A stretch of 64,000 bases of DNA from an uncultured Thermoleophilia bacterium (lineage in GTDB: Bacteria; Actinomycetota; Thermoleophilia; Gaiellales; Gaiellaceae): the NCBI GenBank assembly GCA_963757255.1, contig CAVWQY010000004.1:172897-236896 (forward strand), read 5' to 3'. Under the pieces are notes generated by a model. It saw only the letters and a list, made by a program, of their open reading frames with translations. It made no database searches and was not told where the DNA came from. Shown here piece by piece: positions 11,760 to 20,855 of this stretch. Made by a program: the position numbers and the translations under genes. Numbering within the stretch: the first letter of the stretch is position 1; each line of letters starts with the position of its first letter.

Positions 11760-13526
11760 TTAGACCATCTTCGAAGAATCAGACTCTGCGGTGGACACGA
11801 CGCGGTTCTTGCCGTCGCGCTTGGCCATGTACAGCGCCGCATCGGCGGCCTCGACGAGCTCACCGAGATCCTGTCCCGCCGGGAAGGCGGCCACCCCGAA
11901 GCTGGCGGTCACCGACACCTGTTGCCCGTCGGTCGCGAGCACCTGCTGCGACTCGATCGCCGCGCGCGCGCGTTCCGCGAGCCGAATGCCTCCTGCCTCG
12001 TCGGTGCTCGTCAGGACGAGTGCAAACTCCTCGCCGCCCCACCGCCCCGCGACGTCGCTGCCACGCACCGTCTGCCGCAGCGTGCGCGCGAAGGTCTTCA
12101 GCACCTCGTCGCCGACGGGATGTCCGTGCCGGTCGTTCACCTGCTTGAAGTCGTCGAGATCGGCGAGCACGAGGCATCCACCGTCGCCCGAGCGCGCGGT
12201 GCGCGCCAGCTCGGAGCGGAGCGTGTCTTCGATGCTGCGCCGGTTCGCAAGCCCCGTGAGGCTGTCGACGAGCGCCTGGCGCTGGACGATGCGGTGCAGC
12301 CGTGCGTTCTCGAGCGCGACGACTGCCTGAGAGGCGAGCGCCGCGGCGGTCTGGACCTGGTCGGCGTCGAAGACGGCGGCGGCGAGGACGAGCGAGCCGA
12401 AGTCGGACCCGCCCGCGCGGAGCGGAAACGCGATCGTCTCGGCTGCGCCGTCGGGATCGCCGGCCCGCGCCAGCTCGCCGTTCGGCCCGAGCACGACACC
12501 CCCCTGTGCGCCGGTCGCCTCCACGGCCGACTCGACGATCACGCGGATCAGTTGCGCAGGATCGTGGGTGGCCACGAGCGCCTCGCCGAAGCGAGCGGTT
12601 GCCTCGCGCGAGCGTGTGCGCTCCGTTTCGAGCTCGGCGAGGCGCTGTTCGAGCTGTGCCGCCATCGCATTGAAGGCGTCGGCGAGCTGAGCGAACTCGT
12701 CGGTTCCGCGCACGGTGACGCGCTCGTCGAGACGGCCGCGGGCGATCGCGTTGGCCGCGTCCGCGAAGCGGCGGAGCGTGCCGACGATCGAGCGGCCGAG
12801 CAGGTACGTCGCGAGCGCGAACAGCGCGAGCGACGCGAGCAGCGCAGCGAGGATCCTGCCCCGAGCCTGGTGAGCCGCGGCGTCGATCACGTGCTGCGGT
12901 GCGAGCACGGCGAGCTCGAGGCCCTTCGGCTCCGCGAGCTGCGCCGTCTGGAGGCCGCGGTACTCGACCTTGCCGAGACGCACGCGGGCGGGGTGCCCCG
13001 GCTGGAGCGCGATCGGCGAGCCGCGGCCCGCTCCCGCGACGACGTGCCCGGCACGCGTCGCGACGATCTTGTCGCCCGGCGCCAGGCCGCTGCCGAGGAT
13101 CGCGAGGAGGCGATGGTCGAGGATCAGATGGACGGAGACGCGGCCGAGCACGCGGCCGCGGTCGAGCACGCCGACCGTGCGGACGCCGTCGACGGAAGAG
13201 GCGACGGAGCCGACGTGCATGCCGGGCGCGTCAACCGAAGCACCGGGCTCGTTCTTCAGCACCTTGGCGAGGGCGATGCGATCACGCGCGCGCAGCGCGC
13301 GTTGAACGGCCGGGTCCGTGGCGAGCCGCTCTGCGGTCAGCGCGGCTGCGTCGAGTCGCCTCGCGTACACGGCGATCGCACTCCGCAGGGCCGATTCGAG
13401 AGCCGCATCCGTTCTTCGGGTCTCGCTCCGGGTTGCGAGCGAGTCGTAGCCGTAGAATGCGACCGCGAGAGGGAGTAGCGCGAGCAGGGCGAACCAGAGC
13501 ACGAGTTTCAGCTTGAAGCTGCCCAT
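11760..13526 (-). CDS. membrane-anchored diguanylate cyclase (HAMP, GAF-like and GGDEF domains)
   Basis: Start at MGSFKLKLVLWFALLALLPL. GGDEF core DLDDFKQVNDRHGHPVGD..RWGGEEFALVL. Confidence 0.9.
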   Translation of the reverse strand: MGSFKLKLVLWFALLALLPLAVAFYGYDSLATRSETRRTDAALESALRSAIAVYARRLDAAALTAERLATDPAVQRALRARDRIALAKVLKNEPGASVDAPGMHVGSVASSVDGVRTVGVLDRGRVLGRVSVHLILDHRLLAILGSGLAPGDKIVATRAGHVVAGAGRGSPIALQPGHPARVRLGKVEYRGLQTAQLAEPKGLELAVLAPQHVIDAAAHQARGRILAALLASLALFALATYLLGRSIVGTLRRFADAANAIARGRLDERVTVRGTDEFAQLADAFNAMAAQLEQRLAELETERTRSREATARFGEALVATHDPAQLIRVIVESAVEATGAQGGVVLGPNGELARAGDPDGAAETIAFPLRAGGSDFGSLVLAAAVFDADQVQTAAALASQAVVALENARLHRIVQRQALVDSLTGLANRRSIEDTLRSELARTARSGDGGCLVLADLDDFKQVNDRHGHPVGDEVLKTFARTLRQTVRGSDVAGRWGGEEFALVLTSTDEAGGIRLAERARAAIESQQVLATDGQQVSVTASFGVAAFPAGQDLGELVEAADAALYMAKRDGKNRVVSTAESDSSKMV

Positions 13527-13598
13527 GGTCCTCAAGTCCTTGGCTGCGACTGCCGATGCACCATCTGCTGGAGCTTGTCGGCTGATTCGGGGGAACGC

Positions 13599-14490
13599 AT
13601 GAGACATTTATGGTCGCAGACCGCAGCAGGGGGGCTGGCCGTCATCGTGATGGCCGGGCTGTTGCTCCTGCCCGGACGCGTCCTCGGCCCCGACAGCGGC
13701 GCCGGCAGGGCGCTCCACCTTCCCGGAATCGCCAACATCCCGTCGGTCCAGGCGGCTCGCGCGACGGCAGCCGGGATTCGGCACCGTCCGTCGAAGCGGT
13801 CCGAGCCGGTCCGGACGGCCGCTGCCACGCACGCCGCCGCCCACTTGGCCCAGCTTGCGAGCGTCGTCACCGCTCCGAGCCCCCAGCGCAACGGCCCCGG
13901 CAGCGACCGTGACCCACCCGGCCCCGACACCGTCGCCGCAGGCGCCCGTGCACGCGACGGCCCCCGTCGCCGCCCCGGCTCCGACGCCGAAACCCGCTCC
14001 GACGCCGGCCCCGAAACCCGCTCCGACGCCCGCACCGACCCCGGCGCCCGCACCGACCCCGGCCCCGAAACCCGCCCCGACCCCGACTCCGGCACCCACC
14101 CCGACCCCGGCTCCGACGCCCACCCCCGCACCGGCTCCGACCCCGACGCCGACGCCGGCCCCCGCCGCGACGCCGGCAACCACGCCCGCCTCCAGTCCGT
14201 CCGCCCCCGTGCCGCCCACGGTCGTTCCCCCGACGATCGTGACGCCCACCGTGCCGACGACGCCGATCGCACCGACCGCACCGATCGTGAAGACGCCGAC
14301 GGCGCCGACGCCGCCTGCACCGAAGACGCCCGACTCACCGGCAGCCCCCCGGGGCCTCCTGGCCGACACGCGCACGACGGCCTCGGCCGGCCAGCCAGCC
14401 GCGAGCAGCGGCTCATCGAACTGCAACAACCACTCGGAAGACAGCCCGCGGCACGACGGCGGGTACCGCTCCTCCGGCCGCCACCACTAG
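13599..14490 (+). CDS. membrane-anchored low-complexity Pro/Thr/Ala-rich protein, coding frame unresolved
   Basis: ATG 13599 with GGGGGAA upstream and a TM anchor ([16 protein letters not shown]) in frame 0. GC3 favours frame 1 downstream of about 14200 (stop at 14490). Both frames are open across the repeat. Confidence 0.35.
13975..14190 (+). repeat. codon-phased low-complexity repeat (PAPTPAPKP in one frame, DAETRSD in another)
   Basis: The 20-mer ccgaaacccgctccgacgcc occurs at 13987 and 14011 (24-bp period), with degenerate copies further on. Confidence 0.8.
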
Positions 14491-14504
14491 CTTCGCCAGG
14501 CACA

Positions 14505-14696
14505 ATGGCGCGCGTGGCACGCCCAAACCTCACGCGCGGCGTCGGCCCCGTCACCACCGCGCTCATGCTCTTCGACCTCTGGCGCCGGCTGCCGCCGACG
14601 CAGCGACGGTGGGTCACGAAGCAGGCGCGGACGCATGGGCCTCGGATCGCCAAGCAGGCGCTCGCCGCCCAGAAGCGCCGCCGCCCGAAGCGCTGA
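14505..14696 (+). CDS. small basic hypothetical protein (63 aa)
   Basis: Begins MARVARPNLTRGVGPVTTALMLFDLWRRL and has a Lys/Arg-rich tail. High GC3, unlike the preceding 300 nt of the same frame. Confidence 0.45.
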   Translation: MARVARPNLTRGVGPVTTALMLFDLWRRLPPTQRRWVTKQARTHGPRIAKQALAAQKRRRPKR

Positions 14697-14703
14697 AGAC
14701 CGC

Positions 14704-17532
14704 TCAGCCGGCCAGTGCGGTGCGGACGATGCGGTCCTGCTCGATGCTGTGGGCGGTCGGGTAGCCCTCGGACGGGCTCGCGCGCCACGGGCGTCCGACG
14801 TAGCGCAGGGGCACGGCTGCGGTGGCCTCCTCGAGGCGATGCCGGATCGAGCGCCACGGGCCCATGTTCTGCGGCTCCTCCTGCGCCCACACCACCTCGT
14901 CGAGCGACGGGTACGACACGATCAGCTCGCGCGCCGCGGCGATCGGGAACGGATACAGCTGCTCGATGCGAGCGACCGCGACCGCGGATGCAGCGGCTCG
15001 GGTCTCGTGGCCGAGGAGGTCGTAGTAGATCTTCCCGGCGCAGAGCACGAGCCTGCGCACGGATTCCTTGTCCGCCACCGGATCGTCGATCACCTGCTGG
15101 AAGCCGCCGTCCGTGAGCTCGGCGAGCGTCGAGGATGCCTCCTTCAGCCTCAGCAGGCCCTTCGGCGTCATCACGACGAGCGGCCGAGCGGCCGCGTCGA
15201 GCGCCTGGCGCCGGAGCAGGTGGAAATACTGAGCCGCGGTGGTGCAGTTGACGATGCGCAGGTTCTCCTGCGCGGCCTGCTGGAGGTAGCGCTCGAGGCG
15301 GGCGCTCGAGTGCTCGGGCCCGTTGCCTTCGTAGCCGTGGGGCAGCAGCAGCGTCAGCCGTGACGTCTCCCGCCATTTCGACTGGCCCGACGCGATGAAC
15401 TGGTCGATCACGATCTGCGCGCCGTTCGCGAAGTCGCCGTACTGGGCCTCCCAGAGCACGAGCGCCTCCGGCGCGGCGGCGGAGTAGCCGTACTCGAAGC
15501 CGACACAGGCGAACTCCGAGAGCGGGGAGTTGAAGACCTCGAACGACGCGGTCGCCTCGTCGAGCTGCTGCATCGGCGTGAACGTCTCCGCCGTGTGGAC
15601 GTCGTGGAGGACGAGGTGACGCTGCGAGAACGTTCCTCGCTGCGAGTCCTGGCCGGTGAGGCGGACGGGGATGCCGTCGACGAGCAGCGACGCGTAGGCG
15701 AGTGCCTCGGCCTGGCCCCACTCGATTCCGCCCTCCTCGAGGGCGGTCCGGCGGCGCTCCAGCTGCCGGGCGAGCTTCGGATGCACGGTGAACTCCGGCG
15801 GTGTGCGGAGAAGCTCGTCGTTCAGCTGCCTCAACTTGTCGGCAGCGACGGCGGTCAGCACGTCGCCGTCGGTCCCGCGCGGGATCGTCCCGTCGTGCTC
15901 GACCTTCGCGCCGTCGGCCCCGAACGACGCCTTCAGCCGGTCGTGCGCGGCGCGCAGCATCGCCTCGACCTCGGCGACGTACGTATTGGCCTCGTCCTGC
16001 GTGAGCACTCCTTCCGCAACGAGCTGCGACTCGTAGAGCTCGCGCACGCTGGGATGGTTCGTGATCTGCTCGACCATCAAGGGTTGTGTGTAGGCGGCCT
16101 CGTCCTGCTCGTTGTGACCGAAGCGCCGGTAGCCGACGAGGTCGATCACGACGTCCTGGCCGAAACGCCGCCGGTAGGCCATGGAGAGCCTGACCGCGGC
16201 GATCGACGCCTCGGGATCGTCGGCGTTCACGTGCACGATCGGCACGTCGAACCCCTTGGCGAGGTCGGACGAGTAGCGCGTCGAGCGGCCCTCGCTCGGA
16301 TCCGTCGTGAACCCGATCTGGTTGTTCGTGATCAGGTGCAGCGTGCCCCCGGTCGAGTAGCCGCTGACGCCGTGCAAGTTGAACGTCTCCGCGACGACCC
16401 CCTGGCCCGCAAACGCGGCGTCGCCGTGCAGCAGCACGGCCAGCGCGACGGACGGGTCGTGGACGCCGTTCGGCGTCGAGCGGTCTGTCTGCTCGGCGCG
16501 CGTGCGTCCGACGACGACCGGGTCGACGGCCTCGAGGTGGCTCGGGTTCGCCACGAGCCGCACGCCGACCTTGCCGTTCGTCGTCGTGCGCGTTCCGTGC
16601 GCGGCGAGGTGGTACTTGACGTCGCCCGTGCCGCCCTCGGGATCGGCCGCGACGGCGTCGAGCGTCCGCTCGCCCTCGAACTCGCGCAGGATGTACTCGT
16701 ACGGCATCCCGATCGTGTGCGCGAGGACGTTCAGCCGGCCGCGGTGCGCCATGCCCATCACGACCTCGTGCGCCCCCGACTCGGACGCGAGCTCGAGCGT
16801 CTCGTCGAGCATCGGGATCATCACGTCGAGCCCTTCGAGCGAGAACTGCTTCTGGCCGAGGAAGCGCTTGCGCAGGAAGCGCTCCATCCCGTCGACCTCG
16901 CAGAGGCGGCGGAAGAGGCTGCGCTTCTCGTCGGCGCCGAGCGCCTGGCGGTAGCGGCCCGACTCGATCGCCTGGCGCAGCCACACGCGCTGCTGGTGAT
17001 CGGAGAGGTGCTCGAGCTCGTACGCGATCGTTCCGCAGTAGGTCTCGGAGAGCTTCGGGAGCACGTCGGCAAGCGTCTCGCCCGGGACGTGCACGCGCAG
17101 GAGGGACGCGGGGATCCGTGCCTGGAGCTCGGGCGTCAGCTTCGGCTCGAGCCGAAGCGGCTCGAGCGCCGGATCGCCGACCGGCTCGGAGCCGAGCGGG
17201 TCGAGCCGCGCGGCAAGATGACCGTGCGTGCGGTGGGCCTTCACGAGCGCCATCGCCGCGGCCACGCCACCGAGCAGCTGGGCGTCGAGCTCGCTCGCAG
17301 GCTGCGCCTGCGGGGCCGGCTCCACTGCGACGTGCCCGTTGTCGCCGTTCGCGTTCTGCGGCAGCGTCTCGAGCAGCCGGGCGATGCCGGGATGGGTCGC
17401 CACCAGCTCGGAGCCACCGCTCTCGAAGAGCGCACGCCACTCCGACGGCACCGCCTCGGGATTGTCGAGGTACTCGTCGAGCAGGGCGCGCGCGTAGCCG
17501 GCGTTGAGGCCGTCGACGTCGTGCGTGCTCAT
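14704..17532 (-). CDS. sucA: 2-oxoglutarate dehydrogenase E1 component
   Basis: 942 aa from MSTHDVDGLNAGYARALLDEY. Motifs MGMAHRGRLNVL, GDVKYHLG-type, LLHGDAAFAGQGVV and LLLPHGYEGNGPEHSSARLERYLQ. Confidence 0.95.
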   Translation of the reverse strand: MSTHDVDGLNAGYARALLDEYLDNPEAVPSEWRALFESGGSELVATHPGIARLLETLPQNANGDNGHVAVEPAPQAQPASELDAQLLGGVAAAMALVKAHRTHGHLAARLDPLGSEPVGDPALEPLRLEPKLTPELQARIPASLLRVHVPGETLADVLPKLSETYCGTIAYELEHLSDHQQRVWLRQAIESGRYRQALGADEKRSLFRRLCEVDGMERFLRKRFLGQKQFSLEGLDVMIPMLDETLELASESGAHEVVMGMAHRGRLNVLAHTIGMPYEYILREFEGERTLDAVAADPEGGTGDVKYHLAAHGTRTTTNGKVGVRLVANPSHLEAVDPVVVGRTRAEQTDRSTPNGVHDPSVALAVLLHGDAAFAGQGVVAETFNLHGVSGYSTGGTLHLITNNQIGFTTDPSEGRSTRYSSDLAKGFDVPIVHVNADDPEASIAAVRLSMAYRRRFGQDVVIDLVGYRRFGHNEQDEAAYTQPLMVEQITNHPSVRELYESQLVAEGVLTQDEANTYVAEVEAMLRAAHDRLKASFGADGAKVEHDGTIPRGTDGDVLTAVAADKLRQLNDELLRTPPEFTVHPKLARQLERRRTALEEGGIEWGQAEALAYASLLVDGIPVRLTGQDSQRGTFSQRHLVLHDVHTAETFTPMQQLDEATASFEVFNSPLSEFACVGFEYGYSAAAPEALVLWEAQYGDFANGAQIVIDQFIASGQSKWRETSRLTLLLPHGYEGNGPEHSSARLERYLQQAAQENLRIVNCTTAAQYFHLLRRQALDAAARPLVVMTPKGLLRLKEASSTLAELTDGGFQQVIDDPVADKESVRRLVLCAGKIYYDLLGHETRAAASAVAVARIEQLYPFPIAAARELIVSYPSLDEVVWAQEEPQNMGPWRSIRHRLEEATAAVPLRYVGRPWRASPSEGYPTAHSIEQDRIVRTALAG

Positions 17533-17576
17533 CTCGGTGTTGTACCAGGGTCGCCCCGGCTGAAGCCCCCGAGGCT

Positions 17577-17837
17577 CTAGAACAGCGGGTGGTGCGTGAT
17601 CACCTGGATCGCCGCGCCGATCACGAAGCAGACGCCGATCACCGCGACCGCGAGCCCGATCAGGCGCTGCTGGTCGCGGCTCATCACCGTTGCGACGAGC
17701 GCCAGGATCAGCGCCACCGGCGCGAGCCGGAAGGGGCGGTACGCGAGCTGCAGCACACCGAGGAAGAGCGCACAGGCGGCCATCACGCCGGCGACGGCCT
17801 CGGCGGGCCGGGTCGAATCTCGGCGGGTGGACGTCAC
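17577..17837 (-). CDS. small membrane protein (86 aa)
   Basis: Apparently three hydrophobic segments. 4-nt overlap with the upstream gene. Confidence 0.5.
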   Translation of the reverse strand: MTSTRRDSTRPAEAVAGVMAACALFLGVLQLAYRPFRLAPVALILALVATVMSRDQQRLIGLAVAVIGVCFVIGAAIQVITHHPLF

Positions 17838-18079
17838 AGCTCGACTCTATCCCGGCGCACGCGGTCGGCACGGGCGGTCTCGCGCGTGCCGTGAGGGCCG
17901 CCGCGGCGCGGACGCGGCCCGGTCGGCCGGCGCCACGGGCGCCAGACCGAGTACTCGTCGGGCTCGACCCCGGGCTCGGGCTCGGCGCGAATCGCGTACC
18001 AGACCACGAAGCCCAGGTAGACGATCGGGATCTTCAGGATCAGCATCATGAAGATCAGCTCCCAGGCAGCGCGGGACAT
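17834..18079 (-). CDS. small membrane protein (81 aa)
   Basis: N-terminal TM segment (ELIFMMLILKIPIVYLGFVVWYAI) and a basic, Pro-rich tail. Confidence 0.5.
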   Translation of the reverse strand: MSRAAWELIFMMLILKIPIVYLGFVVWYAIRAEPEPGVEPDEYSVWRPWRRPTGPRPRRGGPHGTRETARADRVRRDRVEL

Positions 18080-18181
18080 GTGCCGATTGTACGAAACTCC
18101 GGAGCGACCGGATGTCGATTCGCGGGGCGGCCCGCCGACACGACGGCGGCGGCCGTGGAGCGATGCCCCACGGCCGCGCGG

Positions 18182-18271
18182 TCAATGCAGGGTGAGTCTG
18201 AGGAGGACGAGCAAGAGCACGCTCGCGACGAGCCACGCGAGGACGCTGACCCATACCCACCGGGGCGGCAT
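18182..18271 (-). CDS. 29-aa hydrophobic peptide
   Basis: ATG follows directly after the TAG of the upstream gene. Sequence MPPRWVWVSVLAWLVASVLLLVLLRLTLH. High GC3. Too short to appear in the ORF track. Confidence 0.35.
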   Translation of the reverse strand: MPPRWVWVSVLAWLVASVLLLVLLRLTLH

Positions 18272-18706
18272 CTATCCGACCGGCACCGTCAGGGTGACCA
18301 CGTCGCTGTTGTTGTAGAGCGGTGCGAGCGTCACGCCCCAGGTCGCGTGCGCCTCGAAGGTCGCGAAGCCGTACCCCACGCCCCCGCCTGTCTGCCACGC
18401 CGCCCCCGGCCGGCAGAACGCGAACCCGCCCGTGTCGCAGCCGTGCGCGGCGATCGAGATGCTGGTGATCGTGCCCGACTGCTTGCAGTAGCTCACGACG
18501 AGGTAGTGCCTCACCGAGGAGAAGAACGGGAGGCCGGCCGAGTGAGACTCGACTTGCTGCGTGCAGCCGGACCAGCCGCCACCGCCGCCGCCGTCACACG
18601 GAGCGCCGCAGATGCTGTTCGGGACCGGTGGGGCCGTCGCCGCGGTCGCGCCGGCCGGGACAGCGAGCACGGCGAGGATCCCGAGAATGAGTAGTGCCTT
18701 GCGCAT
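18272..18706 (-). CDS. secreted Cys-rich hypothetical protein (144 aa)
   Basis: ATG 18706 is preceded by GAAGGAGG. Signal peptide MRKALLILGILAVLAVPAGATA. Seven Cys and a Gly run. Confidence 0.65.
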   Translation of the reverse strand: MRKALLILGILAVLAVPAGATAATAPPVPNSICGAPCDGGGGGGWSGCTQQVESHSAGLPFFSSVRHYLVVSYCKQSGTITSISIAAHGCDTGGFAFCRPGAAWQTGGGVGYGFATFEAHATWGVTLAPLYNNSDVVTLTVPVG

Positions 18707-18808
18707 GTGCGCCTCCTTCGTTGTCTTTGACGACAACGGTACGGAGGAAAAGCTCACATGTCTGTGCCGAGTTCGTGCCGATAGCGTGACGACGTGCCCG
18801 ACGGGGCG

Positions 18809-19339
18809 CTAGTGCGCCGGGTGCCGCTCCCGGTAGGCGCGCACCTTCTCCCGGTTCCCGCACGACTGCATCGAGCACCACGCGCGCGAGTGGTTCTTCG
18901 CGGTGTCGAAGAACGCCCAGCGGCAGGTGCCCGCGCGGCAGGCCTTCATGCGGGACCAGGTGCCGTCGACCATCGCCGCCGACACCTCCGCGAGGATGAG
19001 CCCGACCGCACCGCGAACGCCCGGGGCTGCCGGCTCCACGTGAGCGCCGCCGTCGGCGAACCGGACGCCGAGCGCGGCGCGGCATGCAGCCGCGTCGAGC
19101 ACGGCGGTCGCCGCTTCGACGTCGCCCGGCAAGCCGTTCTGGGCTCCCATCAGCTCACGGAGCGCCTCACGAACGCCGAGCGCCTCGGCCAGCTCGGTCT
19201 GGGTCGCGCGCGCGCCCGGGGCGATCAGATCGCGCTCGGCAAGCCATTCCACGAGCGCGCGCGGGGTCTCGAGCTGCTCCTCGTGGGGATCCAGGTCGAG
19301 CGAGTTGACGAAATCGATCACAAGTGTGCTATTCACCAT
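18809..19339 (-). CDS. CGNR zinc-finger (ABATE-type) protein
   Basis: C-terminal motif CRWAFFDTAKNHSRAWCSMQSCGNREKVRAYRER. Confidence 0.85.
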   Translation of the reverse strand: MVNSTLVIDFVNSLDLDPHEEQLETPRALVEWLAERDLIAPGARATQTELAEALGVREALRELMGAQNGLPGDVEAATAVLDAAACRAALGVRFADGGAHVEPAAPGVRGAVGLILAEVSAAMVDGTWSRMKACRAGTCRWAFFDTAKNHSRAWCSMQSCGNREKVRAYRERHPAH

Positions 19340-19409
19340 TCACTCTTCTTTGGGGGTTACGTAACTGTTATCATCGTACCACCGGTTACTCGAGCATTAG
19401 GAGGAGGAG

Positions 19410-19814
19410 ATGCTGCACCACCCTGAACTCATGCGCCACCTGGCCGCCGAGCGTGCGGAGACCCTGAGGCGTGCGGCACTGCCTCGCGCCCCGCGGGCCC
19501 CGCGGGCGGCCGCCGATCTGAGCCAGATCGAACTGCGGCTCTGTTGCGTGGGCGACGACGACTCCCTCGCAGAGCTCGCCACGCTCGCCGAGCGGCCGGT
19601 GCCGTCCGGACGGTCCGTGGTCGCGCTCGTGAACGGGCGGCTCGTCGCGGCGCTGCCGCTCGCCGGCGGGCAGATGCTCAGCGACCCGTTCGTGCGCACG
19701 GCGCACCTCCGGCCCCTGCTCGAGCTGCGCGCAAACCAGCTGCGCGAGCCGAGCCGGCGCCGTTGGCTCGTGCCTCGCTATGTCAGCCTGATTCGGGGAT
19801 CGACCCATGCGTAG
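19410..19814 (+). CDS. hypothetical protein (134 aa)
   Basis: ATG is preceded by AGGAGGAGGAG. Divergent from the CGNR gene across an AT-richer 70-bp spacer. Confidence 0.5.
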   Translation: MLHHPELMRHLAAERAETLRRAALPRAPRAPRAAADLSQIELRLCCVGDDDSLAELATLAERPVPSGRSVVALVNGRLVAALPLAGGQMLSDPFVRTAHLRPLLELRANQLREPSRRRWLVPRYVSLIRGSTHA

Positions 19815-20743
19815 AGGGTGTCGACGACCAGGGTGAAGACGATGATGCAGAGGGTCGCGAACACGACGACCCCCTGCAGCGCGGGAAGGTCGAAGTTGCC
19901 GATCGACGTGACGGCGAGCTTCCCGAGGCCGGGCAGGCCGAAGACGGTCTCGGTGAAGAACGCCCCGCCGAGGGCGAGGGCGAGATCCATGCCGAGGATC
20001 GTCACGACCGGCAGCAGCGCATTGCGAATCACGTGCGAGCGCAGCACGCGCGCTTCGGTCGCGCCCTTCGCGCGCGCGGTGCGCACGTAGTCCTCGCCGA
20101 GCGTCTCCATCACGTAGGCGCGGATCATCCGCACATAGGTCGCCGCGAAGAGCAGGGCGAACGTCGCCCAGGGAAGCATCAGGTGGTAGGCCCACTGCAC
20201 CGGCCCGCCGCAGTCCCCGGTCGGCGCGAAGAAGTTACAGTAACCGGTCATCGGCGCTAGCTGTAGCTTGAAGCCGATGAAGTAGGCGGCGAGAAGCCCG
20301 ATCCACACGGGGTGCGCAGAGATGCCGATCAGGACACCGACCATCGTGAGACGGTCGAGCAGCGACCTCGGTCGCAGCGCCGACATGATCCCGATCGGGA
20401 TCGCGAGCAGCAGCCAGAGGACTGCGCCGCCGAACACGAGCGACGCGGTGACGGGAGCCGCCCGGAGCACCTCCTGCGTCACGTCCTGACGCGTCGTGAA
20501 CGAGCGCCCGAGCGACTGGTGTACGACGAGCCGGTCGAGGAACCGGACGTACTGCACCGGGAGCGGCTGGTCGAGCCCCAGAAAGTGCTGCGCGCGCACG
20601 ATGCACTGGGGCGTCGCGCGCTGGCCGCACACCTGCCGGGCCGGATCGGCCGGGATGACGAAGAAGATCATGAACGTGACGAGGGTGACGGCGACGAAGA
20701 GCACGCCGGCCCAGAGCAAGCGACGGACGAAGTAGCGGAGCAC
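19778..20743 (-). CDS. ABC transporter permease, Dpp/Opp (binding-protein-dependent, family 5) type, orphan
   Basis: 321 aa. N-terminus MLRYFVRRLLWAGVLFVAVTLVTF, EAA-like loop YVRTARAKGATEARVLRSHVIRNAL, C-terminus YAWVDPRIRLT. Confidence 0.85.
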   Translation of the reverse strand: MLRYFVRRLLWAGVLFVAVTLVTFMIFFVIPADPARQVCGQRATPQCIVRAQHFLGLDQPLPVQYVRFLDRLVVHQSLGRSFTTRQDVTQEVLRAAPVTASLVFGGAVLWLLLAIPIGIMSALRPRSLLDRLTMVGVLIGISAHPVWIGLLAAYFIGFKLQLAPMTGYCNFFAPTGDCGGPVQWAYHLMLPWATFALLFAATYVRMIRAYVMETLGEDYVRTARAKGATEARVLRSHVIRNALLPVVTILGMDLALALGGAFFTETVFGLPGLGKLAVTSIGNFDLPALQGVVVFATLCIIVFTLVVDTLYAWVDPRIRLT

Positions 20744-20855
20744 CGTTGTGTCCTTTCGTACCGCGAGGGGGGTTTCGGACGCTGAGACGCGGCGCTACCG
20801 CAGTGGTTGATCGACGACGTCGATGCGCGTGATCGAAAAGAGGCTCGAGGCCTCG

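Noticed and set aside
13975-14190. Possible CRISPR or other non-coding tandem array
   Set aside because: There is no repeat-spacer organisation. The units are degenerate, 24 bp or shorter, codon-phased and GC-rich. This is a coding low-complexity Pro/Thr/Ala repeat.
13532-17440. 1302-aa minus-strand ORF overlapping sucA out of frame
   Set aside because: The translation is Arg/Ala/Pro/Gly-rich, with no motifs and the wrong codon-position GC pattern. It is a typical long spurious ORF in high-GC DNA. The real gene here is sucA, in another frame.
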